Assembly: GCA_001179505.1 (NCBI GenBank)
Contig: CDMY01000258.1
Span: 1-64,000 of the forward strand
DNA length: 64,000 nucleotides
From: Vitrella brassicaformis CCMP3155
Taxonomy: Eukaryota; Protista; Chromerida
Direction: 5' to 3'
Every line of letters begins with the position of its first letter. Positions within the stretch are counted from its first letter, which is position 1. This document shows, piece after piece, positions 48,324-60,324 of the stretch. Made by a program: the position numbers and the translations under genes. The notes beneath the pieces are model-generated. The model had not been told where the DNA came from. It worked only from the letters and a program-made list of their open reading frames with translations, and did not search any database.

Positions 48324-51300
48324 ATGAACCTGCAGCTGGGCAAGACGGCGGCTAAAGCCGTCTTTGGGCAAGCTGTCGAGTCGTCGAAGAACGTCATCTC
48401 AAGGATACGCTTCGCCAAGGGGGACGATGACAAGGATCAAACAGGAGAGGAACCAGCCGCCTCACCCGCCGCCGCCGCAGCTGCTGCTGCGGGTACATCC
48501 GCCCATGCATCCATCGAAGCGCCCACCATCACTGATCTGTGCTGCTTGCATGTTTGTCAGCGGCCCCGATAAGAAGCAAGACCTGCGAGGAAGAGGGCGA
48601 TACCGTTGATCTCAAGGCGACTGGCGCGGAGGGCACGAGGCCGTGATCGAGGGCGAGGAGGAGGACGAGTCAGCACAAGCCGACGACCGTGACCGAGTGA
48701 TCACAGAGGAGGAGTACCGCCAGCTGCGGAAGAAGAAGGCGCGGGAGGCCCGGTCGAGGAATGAGGGGCAGGTGGTGGCCCTGCCGGCCGGGGACTGGGG
48801 CGAGGACAACCTAAGGGGGGATGGCTCGGAGGAGAGCGAGAAGCACTGGCGGATACTCAGACGATTCAAGTGCCGCATCTGGAACATTCGGCTGGAGAAC
48901 TTGCTCGAGGACACAAAGACGCAGACGCTCTTCCTCGGTCAGTGCAATCTCTCCTCGCCCCCTTTCTGTCTATCTGCATGTGTGTGTGTGTTTGTCTTTG
49001 TCTCTTGGCGAGCAGCCTTCACGATTGGCGGCACCTTGGAGGAGTTCCGTGTGGTGAATTACAAGGGTGAGGAGCGGGCTGTGTGTGAGGGCTACCCCGG
49101 CACCGTGTTCAAGACGCATCACGCTGATGTCAAGGGTGCGTAGTTGGCCAGAGGGGGCGTACACAGCCGAATCCAATGAGCAACAGACATGGGAGCGCAC
49201 CTTCCACTTGCCTGTCTGTCCCTGTGTGGTGTGATATGTGCACTACTGCAGGCGGTGAGACGATCGAGTTCACGACTAAGCCCGACCTCGAGTGGCGGGG
49301 CTCATATATCGACCTGGAAAACGTACACACACACGCACACACACACACAGACAGACAGACGGCAGCAATGTACTAAGGGCAAGTGACACATACTGTGTGT
49401 CTCCTCTGGGTTGTAAAGGAGTGGCTGAGCATCGACGTGTGGAAGCTCCAGACCCGGGCGGTGAATCAGCTGATTGGCTCGCAGTCGGCGTCGCTCTACA
49501 CCTTTGCCACGGGGTGGGTGGAGCAGGCATTCACCTTTGAGCGGATCGTCAAGAAGAAATCCGTGCCAGCGTACAAAGTCAGCTTCCAGGTGAGTCAGGC
49601 TGACTGACTGACTGAGACAGACAGGTCTGCCGGTTCTCTCTCTGAGCAGATATTGTTCCAAGAGATATACGACTTTGAGCTGACTCTCTGCGACTGGAAA
49701 GTCTCCAACCTCATGCCCCTAGACGTACGCCAACACAGAGACAGCAACACCCGCCCAGAGACATCCAAAGTGTGTCCGTCTGTCCGTCATCATACAGACG
49801 ATGAAGGACCTCATCCAGCGCATCAAAAGAGGGGACATCGACAGCACCGCCGGCAAGAAGGAGGTCTTCTCCCCACTGAGTGACACCAAAGGCGACGACG
49901 AAGAGGGTATGGTGCCAAGACAAGCGGCCAAGAAGGGCCATGGGGAGGAAATGGACGCCATTTTGAAGGGCTTCGACCTCGAGGGCGACGGAGAGGTCGG
50001 TCGGCGGCCCGGCGGGAGGGGTGATGGGCCAGAGAGTGAGGTGGACACGCGGCTGCTGGTGGAGGTGGTCAAGACGGACCCCAAGATGGTCATGAGGATA
50101 GCGCCTAAGGCTGAGAACATGAATGTGATGCGAGTGGAGACCATGCCCAGGTGAGTTGAATCTGCCCACGTGCCTCTATGTGCGCGTGTCTATGTGCGTC
50201 TATGTGTGTGTGTATGTCTATGTGCGTCTATGTGTATGTGTATCTGTGTGTGTATTTGTATGAAGGTACAACACAAACAACCCGTCATGGGAGATGCTTG
50301 GGTGTCTCTACTGGAGGTAGGTCCGTCCGCCAGAGGAGAAGAGAATGCACAGTCAGTCCTTTCTGATGCCTGCCTACCTGCCTGCCTGTGTGCGCTGCAC
50401 AGGGGCACTCCCCACGACTTGGAGAACGAGAGTCTCGAAGTCCGTGTCAAGGACACCTACAGGGCCAACCAAGTTATCGCAGAGGCCAAGATCCCCCTCA
50501 AGGGCATCCTCGAGTACGCCCAGATGGTTCGCCTCCCAGGTGACTCTGCTCGACGAGACGCGGCTCGACGGGCTGGACTTCGGGCGTGTGGAGGGCAAGG
50601 TGGCGGTGGAGAACAAGCCGCGCTACCGGCAGATCGGGAGTGTCATGGAGATGGACAACGACAAGATATACGTCATTGTCAAGGTCGTGAAAATCGACCA
50701 GCTGCACACGTCAGACGAGGCCGACCACATCGACTCGTATGTTGAGGTGACTTTCGACGGCATGGCCAACAGGTCCCGCCACGTGGTGGACTCCCTCAGC
50801 CCGACCTACCAGCACGAGCTGTCCTTTGTGGTCAACCTCCGGAACACGGAGCGGATAAGCGCTGAGGAGGTGCAGAACAAGGGGCCGGTGCACATCGACG
50901 TCTGGGGCAACAGCACGGGCGACGTCAGCAACGAGCACCTTGGGTGGACCACCATCTACTTGAATGAAGTCCTCTTTACGCCTGACGGCAAGGTGGGGTG
51001 GGTGGGCGAGTGAGGCGGTCGATCTGTCGACAACACGGATGTGTGGCCTGGCCTCGTTTGGCTCGTGTTTGGTTTGCAGCCTCGCGAGATGGAGGAGAGG
51101 AAGTTCTACAACAACATGACCAGGAACGAGGAGGAGTACGACACTCGCGTCTTCCACGGCAAGAAGCGATTGAGGCTCCTCTGGGACAGAGACAAAAAGA
51201 AGGAGTCCTTCGTCTACTTCCAGGTGACTAAGCTAACCTTCCCCCCTCTCGTCTGCTCATGTTCTGTATGTATGTCTGCGACTGACTATGTGAATGCCCA

Positions 51301-53993
51301 GATCTGGACCAAATCCGATTTGGGTGCGGGTGGCGCCATCATCCAGGGCTTCGGGATGAAAACCACCCTCGAGAAGGTCGACCCCTGGAAGAAGATACCC
51401 CGCTCATACGAGTCGCGGCTGGACGTCTTCACGCAATGCTGGACCACCATGACCAAGCAGCTCGAGGGGTGGGCGAGACACCGCACCTTCAGGTGCACTG
51501 TGCGCGACCACCGGGGCGATTCCCACGTGCTGTGTCGCTACGTGACCCCCATGAAGCCGCCAAAGGCCGTTGCCGGAGATAATGCCGTTAACCGGTTTGT
51601 CAGGTGAGCGTGCGGAAGAGACACGTGAGGTGGCTGACATGGATGTGGTGTGGTATGTGGTGTGTGGTGGAAGGTGCATTCCCTTTTGTGAGGGCTCCCG
51701 TGCCAAGGATGAGTTCTGGACCACACCTGACTTTCTGGTCAACCTGATGAAAGGGCCAGCCATGGACCACACACTCCTACACGCATCACTTCTGCTGTAT
51801 GCTATGACACCTGAGACAGACAGAGACATCATCACCCCCGCCTTCATCTCTGATGTGCGTTTACTTACATCACAGGGGCATTCCCCTGTGCGCCTTTGTG
51901 TGCCTGGGGACTCTGTGGAACCGTGACAAGCACGCATGGGTCATGACGATGCAGCGGAGCGGGCGGGTCTACTTCTGGGACACGGCCAAAGGCGCCATAT
52001 ACGAGCTGCCCGACCGATTCCTCGCACCACAGGAGCTTACACAAATCCTACCGTCCACACGCATCTATGAGCCAACTTCGGAAGGTAAGATACCCCACCC
52101 CCATGAGACAAAGAAAGGTTGGTCCAAGCGCCTCTCGTTCCCTCTCTGCGCTCGCAGGCGGCCGCAGCCCTGCTCGTGCTGCTGTGGTGAGCGGCGACCC
52201 GCGTGTGTGGTCGAGTCGGCACATGAAGCACGCGGCCAGCGGGAGGGGGATGGAGGTGCCCGACACCATGCCAGCATTGGTGCACTTCGAAAACACACCA
52301 AACCTCCCATACAGGTAGACCAGTCTGCCTGCCATCAGGGGCAGGAAGTGCCTCCCTCAAGTGTTCCTTCCGTTGGTGTGTGTGGTCAACCGTTGATACC
52401 CACTACGCAGGTCGATTGAGGTGATATTCAACGACCGTGACATGTTTGCCAATCTGCAGCACCAGGACCCGTCGGGCATCTACTACGACTTCTGGGACCC
52501 TGACCTCTGGTACTCCTTCACCTACGGGGCCCCCATCCACCACCCTGATGAAATCGTGACGCCACGTACGGGACGGGCGAATGAACGCACTGACTGGCAC
52601 GGCGGATGAATGCAATGCCACCCACAGAATTTGCCCTTTTGTGTGTCTCGGGGTCGGTCTGTCCCTATTCTCAACATCATATCATGCAGCTCCGTGTTTC
52701 CAGCCCAAGATCATGTCGGCACCCATGAGTGACGAATGGACCGCCAGAACCAAACGGTACTTGCAGAAAAGCTGGCTAGACACACGCACACACACACACA
52801 CACACGCAGAGCTCTGTGATGCAACGCAGGTCCTTGTCGGAGAAGATAATGCGTTACATCCAGGTGCATCGGAACAGCAAGAAGATCATGACCCGATGGG
52901 CCACCGACGCGGCGCTCCAGGGCTTCCTCGAGAAGGGCCTCAGGTTGTTGGAGCAGGTCGACACATGCCCCCTTGAAGACTTCGACTTCAGCGTCGCTAA
53001 ACTACAGGTAAGCAACCGAGCAGCCCACCACCATTCCATTCGCTCACCTTTTGGCTGCGTAGGAGTGGCGCCAAGTGCTGTATTCCAAGACCCCTCTCAA
53101 CCACCGGTAGTTGAAGGCAGCAACGACGGGAGGCCATTCGTTCGCAGTCGTGTCTCTTTGTGGATGTCGGTCAGTTTGCGCGGCGGGCCGGTCCGTTTCG
53201 CATCTCGCGACCCATCCCTCGTAGCCGGAGCGTATTCAACAAATTCGACTTCTTTGAAATCAGAGACAAAAGCGGTCAGTCGGTCTGTATGCATGGGGAC
53301 ACGGAAACAAGCGACGCGCTCATCTCCTATTGGAATGCAATGCAGCTCAGTTTGCGATCGCCGTGCACGTGGCTCCTCTGCCCAACGGGGTGGTGGCGAG
53401 CTATGTGTACGTCATCATGATGCAGCAGATCAAGGTGAGACAGAAGAGACAGACAGACATGTGCACACCTGCAAGTGTGTGTGTCTCTGTGTGTGTGTGC
53501 CTCTCTTTCTCTGTGTGTGTGTGTGCAGGAGAGCGAAGTCAAGTCCATCCTCCGCAGCCGCATGCAGAAGAAGCGACGGGCAAGACCACCACCAGCCCCG
53601 TCACCGTCACCAGCACCCCAACCACCATCAGAACCGTCCCCCGCCCCGGCCCCCTCCGCCCCCCCACCAGCATCCCCACAGAGACCACGGCGGTCATATC
53701 TGCAGTACAAAGATGATGAAGAGGAGGCCGAACGGCCTGCAGGACGAGTGCCTTCGGGCAGACGGCTAACCGTTAAGCCGCCAAGAGATGGCGAGTCGGG
53801 TTCGGCGGAGGAGCCGCCGACAGAGGGAATGGGTGGTGTTCAGCAGCGGCTGAGGGTGGGCAGTGTGGTGACCCGCCGGCAGTCCGTGACGATGCAATAC
53901 CCGAGTGGGGGCGCGCCGCCGACGGCGAGGGAGCGGAAGCTCAAGCCGACGGCAGAGGCAGAGGGAGAGGGGGGAGTGGGTGATGAGACGTGA
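48324..53993 (+). CDS. Multi-C2-domain protein with a CEP76/CC2D2A-type transglutaminase-like domain (frame lesions at ~48630, 50527, ~53234)
   Basis: C2-like exons (LEVRVKD...IAEAKIPLKGIL; DSYVEVTFDG...SLSPTYQHELSF...HIDVW...HLGWTTIYL); FWTTPDFL...GPAMDHTLLHASLLLG..AFVCLG...HAWVMT...FWD; LPYRSIEVIFND...ANLQ; FAIAVHVAPLPNGVVASYVY. Confidence 0.75.
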
Positions 53994-54279
53994 ATTATGT
54001 ACGTGTGTCACACGATTTCATGGTCATGCGACGATTCGTTGACCTACCTTGGCTGTGGCACTCACTGCATGCGATATCATATCGTCTGTGTACATATCTG
54101 ACGTACGTGTCGACCTCCGCGTGTGGTCTCGGTGTCGATTTGTGCGTGCCTTTACTTCAACAAATGGGTCGGTCACTACATCAAGCCCATGCAGTCACGG
54201 TTGGTCATGTACCAAACACAAACATCTCGCAGATCAGTGGTCGATACGCTGGTCCAGGAACAAAATCAGCGTCTTTCAC

Positions 54280-57200
54280 TCACAGTGGAGTGGACAGCCA
54301 GTCGTCATAGCCCCTGAGCTTCTTGTCGTGATAGCCATACACGGGATGGAACCAGTCCTCGAACTCCCAGCTCTTCCCCGGCACACGCACCTCCACCTCG
54401 GCGGGGGGCTTGAAATCCACCAAACGGGGAGACACAGGAGACAGCGGCGAGAGGGACCCACGGGTTTGCGCAATCCAGGGCTGCGCCGCCTCTTGTGCTG
54501 ACCGCTCCTCTTGCGCCTTCTGCTGCAGCTGCCTCCTGCGCGTCAGCGTCCAATGCCGCGTCAGTTTGTCCAGGTCGAGCAGACTCAGCCGCCTGCTGCC
54601 CTCTGCCTCTTGGAAGGCACTGGCCATCTCGTGCTCGGGCACCACCTCTCTGAGGATTTCCGAAAGGCCGGCGAGGCAGTCGGCCGTGTCGAAGGTGATG
54701 GGCTTCGGCCTGGTTCGCCTGTGGTAAGGCTGGTCCTTCAGCTCATGGCCGACGAGCAACGACATGGTGTCTGGCTGCTCTCTGTGGTCGACGGAATGAT
54801 AGAGCGCCAGCAGCATGCAGGTGGCCGCGACGGTTCCTTGTGGGTGGTGGAGGGCATCGTGCAGCCACCGCACCAGGTGTGATCTCTGCTGATAGGACCG
54901 AGTGCGAGGGTCGGGGTACAAAAGGGTCTCCAGCCGACGATCGGCCTGTATGTGAGACGTGCCGTGCAGGGGAGGGGAGACATAGCAGTTGGTGTCTGTT
55001 GCACGCGCACCATGACAATATCGGCTCCCGTCCTGAGCTGCTGATCGAACTTCCTCACAGAAGCAGCATGCTCCATCGCAGCAGCTGCGAGGCGGTAGTG
55101 CACTGATGAGGGAGGAATCGGGGCCTCCCTGACACACAGAGACAGGGATGGAGTAAGATAGAGGTGGGTGAGTCCACGATGCTCCCGGATGGTCTTACGG
55201 CATCTCGGTGTCTTGGAGTATGTCGCTCTTGTCAGCCACTGGACGGAAGGGGACAGCCTGAACCATGCACGTCACTTTGCCTTCATAGACGACGAAAGCT
55301 ATGACCTTCGTCTCACTTACGTCAATGTATCCGTCGACCGACTTGTCAGAAACCGAGGAACAATCCTGCATCCGAAGGAAGGCAAAAACAGGAAACAAAG
55401 ACAGCCTTGTTGGAGCCGCCCGTGTCTCAGGTCACCTCCGTCTCCTCATTGTCTGTTTCAGCAGTTTGTGGCAATGTGGGCACGGACCTCTCGGGCCAGG
55501 GTGTGTACAAAAACAGACGGCCCAAGCGCACAGGCTCGACAGCCGGGAAGGTGGGAACACTGGCACGGGTGTCAGGGCGGCCAAAACCCTGCACTCACAC
55601 CCACACGACCATATGGCCACCGTACCGTGCTGATATCTGCGTTCTCACCGTGCTGGGTCCCGCAGCTGCCATTCGTGGAGCAGGCGGCGGTGCAGCCTTT
55701 GGCTGCACTGGAGGTGGCACGGTCTTCTGCGCAGCGGCCGGCGGTATTGCCTCTTTCGTCTTGCTTCTGACCTTAGCTCTCTGGTTTCGCACCAGGAGAA
55801 ACCCGGCAGATTTGAGTCGCGGCTTCAGGCCAAATTTTTGTGCGAAGCCTGGGTGGAGCGACGGTGGGATGGCAACCCTCTGATAAAGAGACATGCACAA
55901 ATGATGGACGGACGGTGTTTATCTCCTCCTCCCGTCCCTCACTTCCTGACCGGGAACATGCGCCCCCTGAGGCTGTACTTCTTTATCCGTCTGTGGATCT
56001 CCCCTGCTGATGGCAGGTAGGCGTCGAGCGACGACCATACAGAGTCGGCCGTCTGCTTCTCAAAATCCAACTTCAAGAACTGCAGGCAGGCGGGAAGCAT
56101 AGCATATGTGCACATTGATGACCAGAGGGGGGATGCCGTGTCGTGTATCACCCACCCTCCATATGATTGGAAAGCTCGGCAGAGCGCCTTTCTCCTGTTC
56201 AGCTGTCTTGTCCTGCCCATCATCGCCCTCCTCTTTGTCTTGTTGCTTCCTTGGCGCGGTGATGGCGTCAGGATTGAAGGAAGCCCACCTGTCGATCGGG
56301 AGACCGCAGAATATTTGCCTCACGCGATAGCCTCCTGCACTGATCAGGTCACACGCTCTTCTGACTTGTTGCGACGGCCTCTAAACCAAATACATTACAT
56401 ATGAGGTGGCACACCAGCAGAGACGCGTGAGAAATGCTCCATTCCTCACGTACCACTCTCTTTGCGGCGAGGTGTCCGAGCTGCGGCATCATGAGGCACC
56501 TTCCGAGCATCCCACATTCCCGTGTGGCGGCTTTCCACACAAACAGCATGGGCCAGTTGACGCGAAACGGCCTCGTGTCCGTCATGCGCGCGGCCATGGA
56601 CGGCCGGGCCGAGTGAACCTTGGTCGGAACTGCAGGCAGAAGCATCCGAGACATTGGAATGCATTTGGCCGACTGGTGTCTTGTCTTGCTCAGGTGGTAC
56701 CTCGCTGGCATGCGAAAGTGACGGGAATCAACGTCATGCTCTGTCGACAGACAGACACGCTCACTGAGACCGCTGTATTTCATGTCTTGCCGGTGGCGAG
56801 TACCTACCGGCAAGGGAAGGAGCTCTGCGATGCCGATAAAGATGGCGGTCGTCGGGTACACAAAGTACCGATATCTGAGGACGGATACAGAGAATACATG
56901 GGCAAATGACGTCGCTTTTGTCCCTCCTCTGTGTGTCTTCTCTACCTCACTCGAAGATCTGCTCTGCTGCGTAGATGATGTCCTCCAAAGGTGTCCCATC
57001 CTTGAGTCTTGTCTTGACGTCATCCTTCAGCCCCAGCTCATTCAGGCTCATCGTCACTGCCAGTGCCTTCTTCGCCCCCTCCGCCTGAGACACCGACGCC
57101 CTCGCTCGCGGCGCAATGTAGCGAATGGGGGCCGCAGGCACCGTCCAGGCGTCTTGCTTCAGCCTCTCCTTGGCCACCTGACGGGTTCGATCTTCCTTGG

Positions 57201-57761
57201 ACAGTGCTTCCGTGGCTGTGTCTGCGCTTGCCGCAGAGGGAGCCGCGGGGGCTTGCTTGGATGGACTCGTAGCAAGCCTTTTCCCGCTTGCTTCGCCCTT
57301 GGCCGGCGGTAGGGAGGGAGAAGGCTTTTCAGGGATGGATTCTGCGGGTTCAGCCATCGCTGTCGGCTCAAACCTGCACAGACAACGACAGCCACACACA
57401 CAGACAGGCATTGTGCCCCCGTCGAGAGAAGAAACAGAATGTTGTCAGCTCACGAAAATTTGTTGATGAAGAGCGCCACGCGGCTGAGGTTGATGGAGAG
57501 GGAGAGTTTGTCGTCGAGGACCGGCTTGATGAGGTCGCTGAGGTGCTGAAATGAGTGCATTAGCTTGAGCTTGAGCTTGACTCGCCTGAGCTTCGTCTTT
57601 GCACCCATGAGTATCTTCCGCCTCTCCTCCGCCCTTTGCCTTTTGAGCTTCATTGCTGCTTTTGCCGCAGCCGCAGCTTCGGAGAGCTGGCTCAGGTTGG
57701 TCTGGTCGTGGTCGTTGTCAAGCCGGATGCCGCCACGAGGAGGGCTCGTCATGGTTGTCAT
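54280..57761 (-). CDS. Hypothetical multi-exon protein of unknown function
   Basis: Exons with GT-AG boundaries (phases checked only at the 5' junctions): KLKRQRAEERRKIL, RYFVYPTTAIFIGIAELLPLP, QIFCGLPIDRW, FLKLDFEKQ, CCDGACCFCEE..YCH, ending GYDDWLSTPL*. No family recognised. Confidence 0.55.
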
Positions 57762-58052
57762 GATACCAAACGACGCACGGGGGGGAAGGGAAGGGGCTGG
57801 GGGAACAGTGGTTGGCGCGTTACGAGGGAAGGCCTTGTTGACGGGAGGGAAGGGCTGGATCCAGTTCGATTTGGAGGCACGCACTTGGGGGGCAGGATCG
57901 AGCTCATTGATGACAAAAGGCACTCAGCGTTCGGGCGGCACTCACTCACGTCAACCACACGTGCACTGTCCTTTTCAGAGACACCACATCCATCCATCCA
58001 TCCATATGTTCACACCGACATCCCCACAGCGACAAATGTCACATGCATAACG

Positions 58053-60021
58053 TCACGTCACTGTGGCTGCAGCATAGGCCTCCTCTGCACGGCCCACCCC
58101 AGTCCTCAACAAACACATGGCGGCCCGCTCCCCGCTGTCCAAAGCGCCATTAAGAGTCGGTGTGGACATATAGTCGCCACACAGCACCAGCCCCTCCGGC
58201 AGCGTGCCGGCTAATGTCGGGTCGCTCTGCAGCGGCACCTTCATCGGGGGTTCCTGCGATGGCTGCGAATAGCGTATCCTGTAAGACCTGCAGTGCACCA
58301 ACCAACACACCGCGGTGGTCCGAGGGGCAGATCGCCGTCAGGTGTGTTTCGCTCCCTCACCTCAGGAACTTTGCGTTTGCCATTACATCAGGCCAGATGT
58401 CCTGGAGTACCTGCCTGACTGCCGGCTCGACTTGGCTCTCGTCTTTGTCGCGCCACTCATCGCTGTCGCACAGCGTGACAGAGAGCAGGGCCTTGCCGGC
58501 AGGCGCATAGCTGCCACACACCTGACACAACCAACCAGCGGATTGCCATGTGTGGATGAGTGGAGGGCCCGAACAAGCGCCCACCTGTGAGGGGAAGCAC
58601 ATATTGTTGATTCGGAAGGGCAGCCTCCGCTCTGTTTCGCCGTTCAGCAACAGGATCGGGGCCTTTATTGGGGCTTCCTGAGCAACCATCAAAGTCACAC
58701 GGAATGAATGCACCGTGTCGTTTGTTCTTCCCTCCATCACCTACTTGGTCCAGCCCCCAGTAGAATGTCCAACTCTCGAGGCCGGGCTTGAACAAGTCAG
58801 CTAACGATCCACTCAATGCATTAGCGGTGACGCCCACCCCACTCAGCAGCTTAAGGGTGGCTGGCGCATCCGTTGCAAGCACCACAGACCGGCACTTGAC
58901 GGTCTCCCCACCAGCCAAAGCGACCACATATGTCCCATCCCTCGCCCTCTCCACCCGCAACACCTCAGTCGACAGCCGCAGGTCTTTGACGCCGCTCGCC
59001 AGCTGTCGCGCCAGCTCCCCCATGCCGCCCTCGGGCAGCGATGCGGGCCCCCGGGCGAAGAGAGAGAAGAGCCACTCAAACATCCTGCTCGATTGTCTGT
59101 CCAGCGGCGCCAGAAAGATGCCCCGGTAGAAGGGCAGAAAGAACGATGAAATCATGCTGTCGGAGAGCTTCAGCTCGTTGCGGAGGAAGTCAACTGTGGG
59201 TCGTTCTGGTCGGCTGAAGATGTCCTCTTCGGTCGATCGGACGCAGGACAGCCGATAGAGCCCCACCTGAAAGCACGCGTGATGGGGCGCACGATGAAGA
59301 GTGAGTCAGACAACCAGTGTGTCCGTCTATGTACCTTGAGTTTGTCGGCGAAGGTGCCGATGGGCGAGAGAAGTGAAGCCAAGAGGTCCTGTGGCCTCCT
59401 TATTGGGTCAGACACGAGATTGAACTCGCCGCCTTTCAGTACAAGAGCACCTGCACACACCACACACCACAGTGGCGATGGCCTGGGGGGCGACCAGGTT
59501 GCGTGTGTAACATCACCAACCGGGCAGGAAGTTTCTCAGCTTTAGCGCTTTGTAGTCAAACGTCCGCTTTGCCATGGGGTACTCCTCGATGAACACCTGA
59601 AAGCCCTGGACACACAAAGCACGTGTGAGGATCATGCAGCGCATGAGTGTGGTGTTGGCTCACCCACCCTATCGCAGAGGAATCCATCGACATTGTCCGT
59701 CTGCACGCGGCCCCCTGGCGCCGCATCTTTCTCGACAACCACCACGCTCAGATCTGGCTGCTGCTGTGCAAGCGTCCTCGCAGTGCTCATGCCACTCATG
59801 CCGGCACCGACAATCACACCTGACAAGCAAACAGAGGCGTAGAGAGTGACAATGGCGCAGTGGCTGTGCTGCTCACAGTCTGCTGTTGATGAGGCAGCCA
59901 TGCTCACGCTCCTTGTTGGCAGATGGCTCCGCCGCCCGCCTATGCTGCGATGCCGCGACAGAGATGGCGAGATGAAGGCCTCCGCAGGGGCGAGTACAAG
60001 CAAGGGGACCCAGATCAACAT
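58053..60021 (-). CDS. Plastid-targeted FAD-dependent oxidoreductase (flavin amine oxidase / protoporphyrinogen oxidase-like)
   Basis: Leader MLIWVPLLVLAPAEA-FISPSLSRHRS...; Rossmann motif IVGAGMSG...VVVEK...GGRVQTD..DGFLCDRGFQVF; FYRGIFL; SLPEGGMG; C-terminal LCGDY...TLNGALDSGERAA. Confidence 0.9.
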
Positions 60022-60045
60022 CTTCACACCGATGCATCACAATAT

Positions 60046-60103
60046 GGGGTTAGGGTTTAGGGTTTTGCAAACCCTGAACCCTAAACCCCAAACCCTAAAC
60101 CCT
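60046..60103. repeat. Interstitial telomere-like repeats in inverted (head-to-head) orientation
   Basis: ggggttagggtttagggtttt followed by g-caaaccctgaaccctaaaccccaaaccctaaaccct. Confidence 0.8.
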
Positions 60104-60324
60104 CACAGTGCGCGTCCTCCATGCTTGAGGCTGCTCGCCAAACTGCTCTGGCTGGCCAGAACACACTGACATGATGTGTCTTCCATGCGGTTTTGTGTGG
60201 TCCGATGAGCGCATTCACACGGCACTATGTGTGTCACAGAAGGTAGGCCCTGTCTCGCCACTCACATCATCGTCCATGCAGTCACGTGAGTGCAGTGCAG
60301 CGGTGAATGAATAAAGATGACTGG

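Noticed and set aside
50180-50262. (tgcgtctatg)-like tandem repeat
   Set aside because: An ordinary intronic degenerate microsatellite within the C2-domain gene.
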